Shown piece by piece: positions 39,471 through 54,933 of a stretch of 64,000 bases of DNA. Every line of letters begins with the position of its first letter. Position 1 is the first letter of the stretch. The position numbers were made by a program, and so were the translations under genes. The DNA is from Eledone cirrhosa (lineage: Eukaryota): positions 385,578,001 to 385,642,000 of the forward strand of contig OZ024740.1 in assembly GCA_964016885.1 (NCBI GenBank). The letters are read 5' to 3'. A model generated the notes under the pieces. It saw only the letters and a list, made by a program, of their open reading frames with translations, was not told the origin of the DNA and did no database searches.

Positions 39471-39911
39471 ATAGTCAATTTAGTTTTCAATTTACATATC
39501 ATATCTATAAGCATATATATTTGCATATAAAACCAATATGCACACTACATATACTAGCAGAAAACCACACGTTGGGCGGTTTTTCTGCTAGTATAGGTAA
39601 TAAATCAATACTTAAATAAGACAATTGGTCTGCATAGGTTGCTTTCCTCAACAGTAATAATAAATTTCTACTACAAGCTAATGAAATGACCATCAAGTTT
39701 ACTTTACTCTGAAATGTTACTTTCATCTTTAATGTTACAAAGATTCCTAGTACAGTGTAGAGTGATAAGATGTGAACTACTAACTCCTTGGATAGCCAAG
39801 CAGAACCATACCAAATTGGGCATTCATTCATATACAAAATGTTTATGTATAATAAACATGTAAAAATGTTTAACATAAATTCTTTCATATATATCTGTGA
39901 TTATATAAACA

Positions 39912-40272
39912 TATCATCATATCATCATCATTTTACGTCCGCTTTTCCCTGCTTGCAAGGGTTGGATGGGAACTGATTCTGGCTTGATTTCTACAGCTGG
40001 ATGCCCTTCCTAACACCAACCTCATTTACAGTGCGTGCTGGGTGCTTTTTTTTTCTGTGGCGCCTACACGTCCACTTTACAGTGTGGGCTGGGTGCTTTT
40101 TTGCAGTGGAATGATAGGGACTCCAGTCCTATCATCTTATTTCTACAGCTGAGTAAACTGGAGCAATGTGAAATAAAGTGTCTTGCTCAAGGAAACAACA
40201 CATCACCCAGCCTGAGAATTGATCTCACAACCTTTCGATTGCAAGGCCAATGCTCTAACCACTAGGCCATGT
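39912..40272 (-). mobile_element. tRNA-derived SINE with RTE-B-derived 3' tail
   Basis: Reverse complement of the SINE family seen at 57282-57600. Confidence 0.85.
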
Positions 40273-40311
40273 AGATATATGTGTAGATATACATATATAT
40301 CAATATATATC

Positions 40312-40500
40312 AACCTCAGTCTTCCTCTTCTAGTGTGTCCATGTAGGGGCTCCCACGGGAACACCGAGTGCAGTTTCAACTCTGAAAAGGACAAACACTG
40401 GTCTCTGGGAGACACAGGACCTGGCAGCGATGATGAAGGACAGAGACCGCTGGAGAGAACTCATCCATGGATCTCGGAAATTTTACCTGACATAGATATA
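40312..40500 (+). mobile_element. LINE 3' end with an inverted 5' segment
   Basis: 40410-40476 (+) reads [22 protein letters not shown]; 40312-40365 (-) reads FPWEPLHGHTRRGRLR. Confidence 0.65.
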
Positions 40501-43500
40501 TATATACGTAGATTCATAATCATTCATATTAGGATTTCATACTTTTTTGTAAAATTGTATGTAGCTTTGTGTACGTAATAAATCTTCTAGCTTTGAGCTT
40601 TATACCTTCATCACCTATAATTATTTGTTTTCGTATTCAAAAACTTTTTACTTTATACTATAGTATATATGTGTGTGTGTGTGTGTATACACACACGCAC
40701 GCACACACACACATACACACACACATATATATATATATATGGATATATATATATGGTCTGGATAACCATATATATATATATATATATACATATATATTTG
40801 AGGTATGGTGACCAGGAAGACTGCAGAGTAGTGATCAATCCATATTTAGGTGGAGAGATAGTATTGTAATTGATATAATCCCAATGATCAGCCTACTCTA
40901 TTTTGGCTGGCCTACGTATATACTTATATTCACTCTTGATAATTCTCTTTTAGTACTAGCAAAATACATTTAGTTCATATTATTTTATTCTTTTACTGAT
41001 TTTAGTCAGTAATAACTAATGACTTCAGTACATATTTCAATCTGGTACATGTCTTACTAGTCTTATATTAAATGACTAAGTAATCGATTGATGTAAAGGG
41101 ACACATTTCAATGCAATATTTTACACTAGAAGACATACCCTTTTTTTATATAATTTTTATTTGAATTGTCTGAGATGAACACACCTGAAACTGATTTTGT
41201 TGTGAGTAAAATGAAATACTCTGCTATTTGTAATATTCTGGTTTCAATTTACAGTGATATCAGTAAATATAAGGGATTTAGATTAATAATTATGGAGAAG
41301 TTATAGAAGGAATGTTAAGGTTATGTAAATTAGGTCTAAATACATCTACTTTCTGTAGCACCAGATGTTTACATGAAAATTAATTAATAAATAACACAAC
41401 ATTTTTTCCCTCAATAAGATTCCATATTCCAAATGATATTTAGATGTTTTTCTCTAATTCGTCTACTTTTTGCAATCTCTCTGATGATGCCCTGTTCTGA
41501 ACACTTGTTTAAGAAATTGGCTGTAGTTCTGAGAAAAATAACATTCTTAAAATGTAATTTAATAATTAAAATTTTTTAAATATTACTTCTCTCATTACCA
41601 GTCTAAATGTGTGATAATTGCATCAGAGTAAAATTTTCTTTTTGAAGAAATTACTGACTGAATTTTAGAATAATTACAATCATATTCTTAAATTTTTATT
41701 ATTTCAATGTTTTTTGCTATCAATTCCATATCCATAGCAACTATTTTAGGGCTGCAATAAAATAAAATTGGCTGCAAATAATAAGGCAAGTGGAAAGATA
41801 AAAGTAGGCAGATAAAATTATGTTGAAAGCAGCGTTTTCATCCCATTAAAGCCACATATAAGGTTTTTACTATTACATTAGGGTTAGATAGACTAGGACT
41901 AAGAACAGTTCTCACCTGTTCACGTTTAGTATTTCTTTGATATTATCTTTTCAGCATCCTTTGAAATCTTCAAATACTCCTTTTGAATATCTCTTATAAT
42001 GGTAGTAAACGTGATCTTCATATTCCTCCCTTGAGAGATTTGTGAGGAAGTGGAATTATTATTGTTGTTTTTTTTGTTTTTTTTTTAGGGTAATTTTATT
42101 TTCAATTTATCATTCAACTTAGGTTCTCCCCATCCTCTATTTTAGGTGAATTAACTAAAATTTACAATTTTTTTTATTTTCAGTTTCTTTTTCTATATTG
42201 AATTTTTCTTTTTTTTTATTATTTTATTTTATTTTTAAACACTACTTTTTCTAAAATACCTCATTTTATCACCCAACACCTGAACACTGATCAGCTGCCA
42301 TAGCAACTAACCACCGATACAGCTGCAATGATATTTTAGCTTCTGTTGTATTCAAGATACTCTAGTAGATTTCTAATGTTCCCATTCACTACCAGCTAAA
42401 ATCATATGACAGAATCCATTTTATTAATACTATTTTACTTGTATTCATTTTAGACTATTTTCTATATATTTTTCTATATATTTATAATAAGGACTGACAA
42501 TCTTACTTTCTTCTTCACTCACTCAATGCTTTCATTGTTTCTATTTTTAACCAGGCTCAAATTTCCAACTTTAACCTTTTCGTTATATTTATACTGAAAG
42601 ATACTGTTTATAATTTTGTAAAGAATCAAGAATTTGGAGGGATTTAGTAAAATAACTAATTTTCTTATTATTTAAACTGATACTTAGAGCATAACTTTAT
42701 AAAACATTTTTCATAAAATTAGGATGAAAGGTTTTTAGATAAATATAAACACTTTAAAGTAGTTTTGTTTCATAGAGCCAGGGCTAGTTTATATGGAGAA
42801 AATGTTTTCATTGATCTCTCTCTCTCTTTCTCTCTCACACACAAATTATTCAAATATCAATAATTCTGCAACAACTGCCAGATATTATAAATGTTTGCAT
42901 AAAATGTTTTCCAAACTTAAAGAATCCTTGGAACTCATCCAAATTTTCATTTCTGTCTTTTTCTTCTAATAAGAGGTATTAGTATTTGAAGCGTAAAATA
43001 TTATCAATAGGCATTATATGGTTAAATCTTTACAACAGAGAGTCACAATGATTTCCTATTTAGAACTGTCCATTTCGGCACCTATATATTGCATCTATGA
43101 AGATACATCCAATCTTAGAACCAATATTATCTCATCAACGATCAAAATTATTCAGCCTGTTCTCATTAATCTGATTATAGTTGAGACAATTAATATTTCC
43201 CTGATACTTTTAATGAAGAAATATGGGATGTCATCTATCAAAAAGCCATGTTACATTCAATACAATTATGGCGACAACATTGGATTATGCTGTATTTTTT
43301 TTTATAATGTCAGTTGTATGGGCTATCAATACATTTTTTACTATCCATTTGAAAACCTTTTTTTTCCATTCTTTTTCTTAGATCAGTCTTAACAACTTTG
43401 ATAAATGTTCTTCATGAATTTATACTTATTTATTACTATAATTTTCTATTTCAATAAGAAATACTTCTTTGTATTTCTAGAACTAATACAAAGCAAGTCA

Positions 43501-46500
43501 ATCAAAGCAATGAAAAATGTTTTTTTCTTTATAACTTATTGGACCTACAAACATCTGAGCCAAATGTTTTTCAAATAAATATGCTGGATATCAGGATTAC
43601 ATATTCCAAGTCTTAATCTCTTTGATAATATACATAGCACGGATGAAACAGTCACAGCTACAAAACTAACCAAACAATAAGGTTTAGAACCTGAATAACA
43701 GTTAAGTGATAAATCTAGCCTTTCATCACTTTCAGATCAATGAAGTAAGTTCATATGACATACTAGGGTGCTCAACAAATTTAGAATATATTTTATACTG
43801 GCTCAATATTGATTTTATATATATGGGGTAACTTAAGTTAGATGAGTTCCAATAATGATTTCTAATCTAGGCATAAGGCATGCAATTTGTGGTGAGGAAA
43901 AGTAACTTAAATTGACCCCAGTACTGGACTAGTGCTATATTTTATTAACCCCAGAAGAATACAAGGGATTTGAACTCAGAACTTAGAGGGCTGCAACTAA
44001 ATACAGCAAAACTACTTCTATTTTCTGTATGGCCTGCCATTGAAAATATCTGATACATATTGTTTTCTGCATTGGATCTATACCAGAAGGAAATATTACT
44101 TATTTTTTTAGCTTATTAGGTCTTGGAAGAGAAATCAGACAGGAAGGATTTTGTTATTCCAGGCTAGCGGAAATTATCACTGAATTTGTATGCACAAAGA
44201 AACAATCCAATATTCTTCTTTAGGGATTAAAAGTCTCAATAAATGTATTGAAGTTGTTTAAATGACTATTAAATTCTTTAACCATTGGCCATTATTCCAG
44301 ATAATGCTACAAATGTTGTATTATATTTTTAAACAAAACATATTAGCCTATTTTTAGGTTACTAGATTAAAATATGTGTTAAATTGAGTTGAATACCCAA
44401 AGGATACCCAAACAATCATGCAAATGTGATGTATATGAATTTACTCAATAGACTACTTCCAACTTGCAGTTCATACTTATGTAAGAAATTATCATTATTT
44501 CTAAATGTTTGTTATGTAGTGTCATTCTCTATGATTAGATTGTAGTTCTCTTGAGTAGCTTACATTTTAGTCAGAAAACTATACACTATACAATGATACT
44601 GTGATTTCATAAATGATTGCCTTCTAAGTTGGAATATTTCCGTTCTTGGAAAATATGTGAGGTGTCATTTTTCATCTCAACTGAATTATCCAATCAGATT
44701 AGGAGCACATAGAGTTCTGTTTCTAAATGTTTATAAGATGCCTACACAAGTATTTCTTGAAATGAAAGATTTCTTTTACCTTCTAATACACTTTTTCAGG
44801 TAGAATTTCCTTTGATACGAGAATGTAATTATCTGGAATTCAAAACCTGCTCGTCAGTTTGAAGTGTAGGGTGCCAGAATCAAGGATGGAAATATTTGCA
44901 GTAAACTAATGAGGATTAATTACTTTTTTCTTAAGGATCTTATATCTTCTATCTTGTATGTGAAAGAAAGATCCTTAGTTGTAAAGAAGCTTAAAGCAGC
45001 TCTATTTCTGTAACTAAAATTTTTAACCTTTTGCTTAGTCACTGAAGGATAAGATTACCCATTTTATCTTAACTGGAACATAATGTAGAAAATAACTATT
45101 TTTTCCATTTCTCAGAAGATCCTCCTTTTACCTAGCTGATCTAACCAGCTGTGTGGGAGAGTGCCCAGAAATCATAGGCAGAATAAACCTCAGCTGGCAA
45201 CAAGAAATTCCCTTATTGAGTGAAGGGTGGATTGTATGATATTTGTGTAGGAGGTGCAATGTTGTATGGTAGTAAGTTATGAGCATTGAATGAAGACTGG
45301 AAAAAAATTAAATGAGCATGCTCCACTGGATGTGTAATGTTAACATGCAAGAGAAATGACAGCTGGTGTGCACATGTAATATCTATGGAATATGACAGTT
45401 GGATAAACATGTAATATCTATGGAATATGACAGTTGGATAAAGAGGTGTCAGGAGATTCGAGTGGAATGCAGCTGTACTATAATTTGGAGAATTTCTGTT
45501 GGGTTGGGTGATGTTACCTGAAGCAAGTGACAACACAGAAAACAAATTCTTATCTGTGGTCTCCTTTCAAATAAACTATTTCTTTTTAAGTGAACTTAAA
45601 TATATGCCATAATTGAACATGGATACAATATAACTAAATAAAAGGTTTATTTTAGTCATAATGTCTTTTAATATATTCTCTTTAGACTTAATTTACTTAT
45701 TTGATTATTTAATTTACTTCATTTGATATTGTTGTTTTTTGCTCATTTAGTTATCTAAAATTATTATTCTCTTGAATGAACTTAATATAGCTAGCACCTG
45801 ATGATCTTTGAAAAGAGTAAAATGGAGAATTTCATGATATACCTTAATGTTCTAATAAATATACACACACCAGAGATTAACTTTAATTAGTATGTAGTAA
45901 GTACTGATTTATAGTTGGTCATCTTTTTTTTTTTAAACTAAGAACATCTAATAGCCTATTAAATCATCTGCCAAATGCAAACATAATACACCTGATATAG
46001 TTGTTTGAGAAAAAATCTTGTATAGTTATAAACGTCAGCTGCCTTGTAGGTGTGAACATTTCTTTGAAAATCAGTCACATAGAGAATATTTACAGACAAC
46101 TATTTTGAAACTTACTTCTCTAGACAAAATTATTGGTGCATTTGTTTATGTTATCATATGTCTAATTGGCAATCCCAAAAAGCTAAGATTTTTCAAGAAA
46201 AGGCAGTTGTAGGCTAACATGCATTTTTCAAATCCATTCTGTAAGTGGAGCAGTAAAAATATGTAAGACTTTTCTCAACTTCAATATCTACCTGTTCATA
46301 GTGTTTATCTAAATTACAAACATTGCAGAAATTTTTCTTTATTAGATTGGAGAATCATTAGAGCATTGGAAGAATGTTTTGCAGTATTAAGTTATGAATT
46401 TCTATATTCTGAGTTAACGGAGGGTAACTCTTCCTTTCATTTCTCCAAGGTTGATAAAATAAAGCATTAGTTAAATACTGGTGTCAATATAGTCAACTTT

Positions 46501-46990
46501 ATCTTTTCTCCAAATTCCTGGCCTTGTACCAATATTAGAAATAATATATTAGACACCAACTTTTATTTTTAAGGAAGAATGAAAATAATTAAAAAATAAC
46601 CAATATATACATTATATATATATGTGAGTGTGTGTGTCTGACTGTGTGTAATTATGCATATAGAGTTTGAAGAAATGGGAGTAAATTATTCAAATTATGT
46701 AGTAGAGCATTTTGTTCATTAGAAGCTGATTATGCATTCCCTCATTACTCTGAGTTTCTCACATCTATGCATTTGTCCATACACTTAAATGTGTGTGTGT
46801 GTGTGTGTGTGCATGCACGTGCTTGTGTGTGTATGTGTGCAGTAAGTCAATTACTGAATATTGAATTCCAGAACTTTACTTCCAGGGTATTCAGAATATC
46901 ACTTTTTGAAACATTGACTGTCTTAGTATTCAAAATGTCACATGCTTTATCAAGATAATATTGATTAAATATCATCAAAGCTGTGTTGTT

Positions 46991-47050
<60 letters not shown>

Positions 47051-48389
47051 TTGCTTAGTCTACAGAATTAGCTGAAGATGCCAAATTATCTCTCCTTTCC
47101 TCCTCTTTCTATATCTATCTCCACCCTTCTCTCTCTCTCCCATAAGGATGTATTATTGTCCTTTAAAGAATATTGCAGTTTATATATAGAGTTCTTTATA
47201 TATATATTTCTTTCTATTTTCTTGTTTTATCTGAGACGAGATTTATTTTTTATTGAAATGTTCTTATGGCTTAAATTAGCTAAGTATTGACTGAATATAG
47301 CTTAAAGTAGATATATATTCAGTGAATGTAACTTAAAATTGAATAGACATTGTCAGAACACATCCGAATATATTACCTATCAAAATAGCTCAAGCTGAAG
47401 TGCTACCTAAACTTTATCATCATAATAAAAATCTTCTTTAACCTTTCAAATGCATACATTAAAAATGGTATGTAAATTTTTTCAACACATTTCAAGGTTT
47501 TATTTATAAATATGTCCTGATGTATATATGAAGTATAATCATTTTAGTTAGATTAAGTACAATTTTACACAAACATGAAAACAGCGTAACTTTGATTATC
47601 ATAAATGTAAAGATTAACTCAGAAAACCTTAGTATTATTTTAATAAAATTGAAATGAACAAACTTCTGGTTAAAAGTGTTTCATCTGTGACCCTATCATT
47701 TTATTGTTTCTTATTTGGTAGGGTGTAAGTTGAAGCAGATTTGGCTGTTATTTCTAAATGGTCATTTGAGTAGTAAACGACTTATTTGAAAGAATTAACT
47801 TATTTCTGAAGTAACCATAAATTAGACAACAGTGTTACATAGAGGAAATTAAAAGAAAATGTTTAAAGATAATTGCTAGAATTAGCAGTCAATTGATGTT
47901 CACTATTGACAAAAATCAGATATGGAAAAGAAAAGAAGACTAGTTTTTCTTTTATTTTTTTCTTGGGTGATGAAGGTTTCAGGCAATACTCAGCAGAGAA
48001 GAAAAGACAAAGAATTGAAATATGAAGAAGATAAATTGCTGTTTCTATCTTTTAAGAAGAACTAGTCACATACAGCTAAGCAATATGGTTCACAAATTCA
48101 GCTTATTCGGCATACTATTTATTAACGGATTGCCAAAGGATAAACAGCATAGATAGTTATAAAATGATTTGTATTACTGATATTGCAGTTGTTGTGGCTG
48201 TTGTTGTTTTGCTTTAAGACTGCCTTGATCAAGCAGACTTAGGCTCAAAGGCATTCCAGGTATAATCATCTTGTTTTTTTGTGGTGTGGGGTGAGCAAGG
48301 GAGGGGGCAGCAGGGACTAATAATATATAGATTTGGCTTCTATTTCTGGCAAGTCTAGCAAATACTTAAAGGCTTCAGTCAACTAAATT

Positions 48390-48734
48390 AACCCGCCTCT
48401 TAATGAGAGTGCAAAACCTATCCTGGAAACGACATCCCACCTTGTCTAAAATCTATGGCAAACTCCCTCGAGCCTCTGCCCTTCTAAAATCCTGGAGAGC
48501 TCAATTTGCTGGCCACTGTCACCGTGCCAGCAATGAAATCATATCCGCTCTCTTGCTCTGGAACCCTGACTCCAGCCTCACTAGGAGTAGGAAGCTGTCA
48601 TTCCCTGACGTTATCTCTAGGGATACGGGAATCAGTAGACAGGACCTGGGGGCAGCGATGGGGGACAGGGAATTCGGGGGCATGAGAGTGAGATCCATCA
48701 TCTCGACAGTAGTCGACGAATGATGATGATGATG
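48390..48734 (+). mobile_element. RTE-like LINE 3' fragment
   Basis: SWKRHPT..IYG.LP...QFAGHCHR...LLLW.P...DTG...AM.DR, followed by a (GAT)n tail. Confidence 0.8.
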
Positions 48735-49938
48735 TATTGATTTAGCTGAAAGTATCTAAAAACGAGTTTGTTAATTCAAATGTTTATAGTATCTTTACTA
48801 GTGGACAGATCCTTATGAAATGATATCTAAAAATGAGTTTGTTAATTCAAATGTTTATAGTATCTTTACTACTGGACAATTCTTTATGAAAATACTAAAG
48901 CAAAGACTAATTTTCAATGTTATGCAGTCACAGTGCTGTTTTGTACTTTTCAAGAATGTCTTGCTAATGTGGTTTCATATGGAACAGCATGTTAAGAGTT
49001 AAAGCTGTAAGTTACTAATCTCTGGAAAGTGACCATATTTAATATGCATAAAAGAAATTATGAATTCCATATAGTGTATTCAGTTTAACCTATGATTAAA
49101 TGAAATGCAGATTAATCATAGGCTGGCTGACAGAGAAGACCTTTGTATTTAATAGATGCAGGAGAGGAAAATAGCAGTTACAGCAACCATGAACTAAATT
49201 CCTTCAAATATCTGGAAGGCTCTCTAGAAATAGTTGATAGGTTTTGATACATACATAACCTATTCAACATTGGAGGTTAGTGTTCTGAAAGCATAGAAGC
49301 TGAGTAAAAATAAAGTGGCAGAAGTCCAGAGAACTATTCCTACTGTGCCTTGATCATAGACACAATATGCTGCATTGAACTCAAAACCTGAAGATCACAA
49401 GCCAAACACCCTAACCATGAAGTCATGTACTTTCTCCTTGAATAATGGTCTTACTAGTCTCAATTAGTAACATCCATATATATATATAACACATATTTAT
49501 ATACACATACATACACACATTTATATTGACATAAACATATATACACACATAGACAAACATATGTTCTAAACCTGTGCCAGCATGGGAAAAGAAAAAAACA
49601 CATTTTTAAATTATTGTGATTATAAATTTTACCATTTCTTTGCTTTGCTTCTTAAAAAGAATAGCAGAACCAAAAACTATAAAAAAAAACAAGAAAACCC
49701 TGATTCCCCACAGAAATATGGTGCCACATAATACAAATGTAGCAGCAATAGCAGTAGTAGTTGTAGCAGTAGCAGCATTGATAGTGGTCGTGGTAGTGAT
49801 AATAGTAGTATTCAATGTGGTAGTATTAACAACAGTAATATGATAATGACACCAACAACAGCAATTGTACCAAGCTCAATAGAAGAAAGCAACTTGACAA
49901 CCAGATAAGAAAAAATACATATATGCGTACATACACAC

Positions 49939-50000
<62 letters not shown>

Positions 50001-50406
50001 CTTTAAAATGAATGTTTGCAATTCACTGACATAATTGCAACCATGCATTCATTTTCTATCCAATTTCTTTTTCAAATATGCATTTATTTCCTTGTTGGTT
50101 TGTTATTGTTGTTGTTTATATTTTTATTATTATTTTTTGCCTACATGAGGTGGGGTCTGTTTTTTTTTTAGTATTATAATTTTTTTATATTTTCAAAGTA
50201 TATACTTTTTTTGTTAGTTTCATTCACTATCACCTCTCCCAATATCAACTTCCATCTCTCCATACCTTACCTTCATTTTCCATTCATTTACCTCCTGATT
50301 ACTTTCACTTTCAGCCTGATTGAGTACCATCATTCTAACTTACATTGTTGTTACTGTTACAGTTACAGTTTTTTTCTTGTTGTTAGTCATAGTATTGTTA
50401 ACTTGG

Positions 50407-50441
<35 letters not shown>

Positions 50442-50760
50442 GCTTCATCATCATCATCATGAACATCATCTTCGTTGTCATTATCATCATCATCATCATC
50501 GCCATCTTCGTCATCATCATCGCCATCTTCATCATCATCAACACAATCTTCATCATCAACATCATCTTCGTCGTCATTATCATCTTCATTATCATCATAG
50601 TCATCTTCATCATCATCATCGCCATCTTCATCATCATCATCTTCATCATGAACATCATCAGCATCATCGTCATCATCTTCATTATCATCTTCATCATGAA
50701 CATCGTCATCATCATTGTCTTGATGATGATCATCATCATCAATATCAATATGGACATCAT
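50407..50760. repeat. Long imperfect (CAT)n triplet array
   Basis: ~350 bp of cat/ctt/cgt/cgc triplets with no phase shift. Confidence 0.95.
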
Positions 50761-51170
50761 TGTTTCTTTGTCAATACCCCTGCTCCACCTTAACTAACTT
50801 CCATTGCTCACCCCTCACCTTATTTAACTGAATTCTTTCAGTTAGTTTGTTTCTGACAAAGAACTTGTGGGTCATATTTATCATTTTTGTTCTGTTTTGT
50901 TACTTTATGTATTTGTTATTTTTGTATTTTCTGTTTTGTTTCTCTTACATTAATGCTCAAGCCAAGGCATTTTGTTATATCCATCTCTATGATATCTATT
51001 GCATCTTCTTTCAATAGATTGTATTTCAAAAAAATACATATTTCTTTTTTTACCATGCATTTACTTCCAATTTTCTTATTTTCTTTTTTCTTTTTTCAAA
51101 TTTTATTTTTACATATTTGCCTTCACAATATGTCTTCTCTCTTTCTCTCCCCCCCCCTCTCTCTCTCTCT

Positions 51171-51266
<96 letters not shown>

Positions 51267-51493
51267 ATCCGTTTCTACATATTTATATTTAACTATTCAC
51301 CTTTATACATCTATCTCATCTTTATGTATCTATTTCCCTCTACCTATATATATATTTCTATGTCTGTCTGTTTAACTATTTATCTGTGTATCCATGTCTC
51401 TCTGTATATATATATATATATTATTTGTCTATCTATCCAACTATATGGATACATATATATCGTCATGATCACCATTTTCCATGCTTGCTTGGA

Positions 51494-51542
<49 letters not shown>

Positions 51543-51933
51543 TGTCTCTCTTTGTATCTCTCTCACTTTCACAATCATAATAAACTACCTGTTTTATGTT
51601 TCACTAAGAAGACAATATTCTTTTCTTTAATGTAACTTTATTATATTGCATTTCTATTCTTTATTCCATACATCTTTCCTTTTTGTTACTATGACAATTT
51701 CATGACAGAACTTAGAAGAAATAAGAAACATATATTAAAGAAAAAAGTAATTAAAATTAAAAACAGAAAAATCACCTGCAGTAATAGTCCCAATTGAAAT
51801 GTGTTGATGTATTTTTCCACAGATGCTTAACCCTTTAATTGTGTGCTGCATCTTTTTCATCTTTGTTAAGATAGTACAGTATTCTATTGCTGAATCTTTC
51901 TCAGAAGACATTCAATTGTTGTTGCACTATTAT

Positions 51934-52023
<90 letters not shown>

Positions 52024-52426
52024 CCATCGTTGTCGTCATATGTCTCTCACAAAGATTGGACTTGGACAAATATATATGTATTTCTGTTAGGAAGGACATC
52101 CAGCCATAGAAACCAAGCCAAAAGCAAATCTATATGAATATGACCTTGTCATCTGACCTAACTTGTCTCTTAGTGTCACAACCTGTCTAACCCATGCAAG
52201 CATGGAAGATAAATGCTAAACGATAATAAAGATGATGATGATGATATGTGAAACCTGATGATGAAATTTGAGTCTCATTACTTTGGAGTTTCTGTGTATT
52301 TACAGGGTTATCAGATGCACCTGTGAGTATACAGGAGAACTCCAGAGTAACAAGATTCAAACTTGACCTAAATAAAGAAACTATTAATCTCTACTATGGT
52401 ACTGAGTACTTCTTCATTAATACTAA

Positions 52427-54880
52427 GCAGGCCTGTAGGCAGGAGGAGAGTAACATGGTGGTGGAACAGTAAGGTAGAGGAGTCAATTAAGGCTAAATAG
52501 CAGGCTTGGAAAGTATGGCGGGATGGGGGAAGTAGAGAAGACTATCAAGTGGCCAGGAGGGAAGCTAGGAGACAAGTGTACTTCGCAAGAAGGGAAGCAG
52601 AGGAAAGAAAGTTCAAGCATGTTCTACAATGCGAGGACCAAAAACGTGAGGTGTTCAGGATTGCTAGGCAATGTGTCAAGGAAAACCGTGATATTGTCGG
52701 GGAGAAGTGTGTACTTAATGATGATGGCGTACTTGCCATCACTGACGCTGATAAGAAGGTAGCTTGGAAGTGTCACTACGAAAGGCTACTAAATGAGGAG
52801 AATAAATGGGAGAAAGACAGTCTCCCCCACATCGACCCAATAGAGCAGTGTTAGTCGAAGGTAGTATAATAAGTAAGGCAATCAAAGATATGAAGACGGG
52901 TAAGGCGGCTGGGCCTTCGGAAATAGTTGCTGAGATGCTGAAAGCCTCTGGAACGGTGGGACACACCATGGTCACCCGGATAGTAAACCAAGTCATACAG
53001 AATGGGGTTGTTCCGAAGGACTGGCATAGCAGCATCATCATTAACTGCTACAAGGGCAAAGGAGACGCCCTAGATAGGAGTAACTATAGAGGCATTAAAT
53101 TAATCGACCAGGTCATGAAGGTCACGGAAAAAGTAATAGCGCAACTAATCAGAGAGAGAATCGATCTAGATGAAATGCAGTTCGGGTTTGTGTCAGGCAA
53201 AAGTACCACAGACGCTCTTTTCATTGTACGACAACTACAGGAGAAGTACCTAGCTAAAAGTAAACCCCTATACTTAGCTTTCGTCGACTTGGAAAAAGCC
53301 TTCGACAGAGTCCCCCGTTCCATTATCTGGTGGGCTCTTAGAAAACTAGGTGTTGATGAATGGCTTGTGAGAGCTATACAAGCCATGTATAAAGAAACAG
53401 TCAGCAAGGTTAGAATTAACAACAAATATAGTGAAGAGTTTAGCGTAAAAGTTGGTGTTCATCAGGGCTCTGTTCTTAGCCCCTTACTATTTATTATTGC
53501 CCTTCAGGCTATAACAGTGGAGTTCAAGACCGGCTGCCCATGGGAACTCCTACACGCAGATGATCTAACGCTCATAGCTGAATCAATGGCCGAGCTAGAG
53601 AAGAAATTCCAAACATGGAAGCACAGCCTAGAATCAAAAGGACTTAAAATTAACCTGGCTAAGACTAAAGTTCTAGTTTGTAGGAAAGAAAATAAGGTGC
53701 CGGTCCCTTCCGGGAAATGGCCATGCTCAGTGTGTAGGAAAGGCGTAGGTAGAAACTCCATTTTATGTCCCAAATGCAAAGTATGGGTGCATAAAAGATG
53801 TAGTGGGATCATAGGTAAGCTAACTAAGAACATAGATTTTACATGTGGCCGGTGCTCTGGTGCAATAAGTAGCAGCAAGTGCCCACAAAATACTAGCTCT
53901 TTCAATTGCGCAGAGGGTTCTATAGAAATAGTGGACAGCTTCCGTTACCTGGGTGACAAAATCAGCAGTGGGGGAGGGTGCTCTGAAAGTACAGTAGCTA
54001 GAGTCAGAACTGGATGGAAAAAGTTCAGAGAGCTTATACCACTATTAGCCGCTAAAGGGTTCTCCCTAAAAATGAAAGGCAGGCTGTATGATGCCTGCAT
54101 ACGAACAGCAATGTTGTATGGCAGTGAGACCTGGGCATTGTGTGCAGAGGATATACGCAGACTAGAGAGGAACGAAGCTTGCATGCTCCGCTGGATGTGT
54201 AATAGTAATATACGTGAACGGCAAAGCATAAACGAACTAAGGGAAAAATTAGAAATAAGAGGGATCAGATGTTGTTTACTCGAGAGAAGGCTACGTTGGT
54301 ATGGTCACGTGATGCGCATGAAAGACGACAGCTGTATAAAAAAGTGCAGGGCAATAAAGATAGACGGTAGCCACGGAGTAGGCAGATCCAGAAAAACCTG
54401 GGACGACCTGATAAATTCCGACCTCACACACTTACACCTCTCCAAGACAATGTCACTGGACCGAGACCTTTGGCGGTACTCAGTAACAGAGAGGACCCGC
54501 CTTACCTAAATACAAAGTAAAACCTACTACAGTCAGTAGGCATCTCTAACAAAATATACCCCCACCCCATCCACACCGCCCCTTTCAATGTAAATTTATG
54601 TTGGTGCCACAACATCCAGGCCGAAACAAATGGGATCGTGTAGGTGTCACGAGAAAAAAAACACACAGTCCACGCTGTAATGTGGCCGTGTAGGCAACAC
54701 GGTAAAAACCTCCCAGTCCCATACTGTAAATGTGGTTGGTGTTAGGAAGGGCATCCAGCTGTAGAAAACCCGCCAGACAGTCCTATGCGAGCAAGACAAC
54801 CACTCTTGCCTCAAGTGGAAAAACTCCCGTCCAAACCCATGCAAGCGTGGAACATGGACGTTAAACGATGATGATGATGA
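52427..54880 (+). mobile_element. RTE family A, 5'-truncated copy with RT ORF (52806-54509)
   Basis: High identity to 9157-11620; 7-bp deletion at ~52846; TAG at ~52498; YADD changed to HADD; (GAT)n tail. Confidence 0.95.
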
Positions 54881-54933
54881 TATCATCATCATCATCTTCG
54901 TTTAACGTCCATTTTTCCACACTAGCATGGGTT

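Noticed and set aside
41916-42030. Minus-strand exon with a good cag|gtgag donor
   Set aside because: All three frames contain stops; it could only be non-coding and has no further support.
43018-43392. 124-aa ORF
   Set aside because: AT-rich composition with no recognisable motif; probably a chance ORF or decayed repeat.
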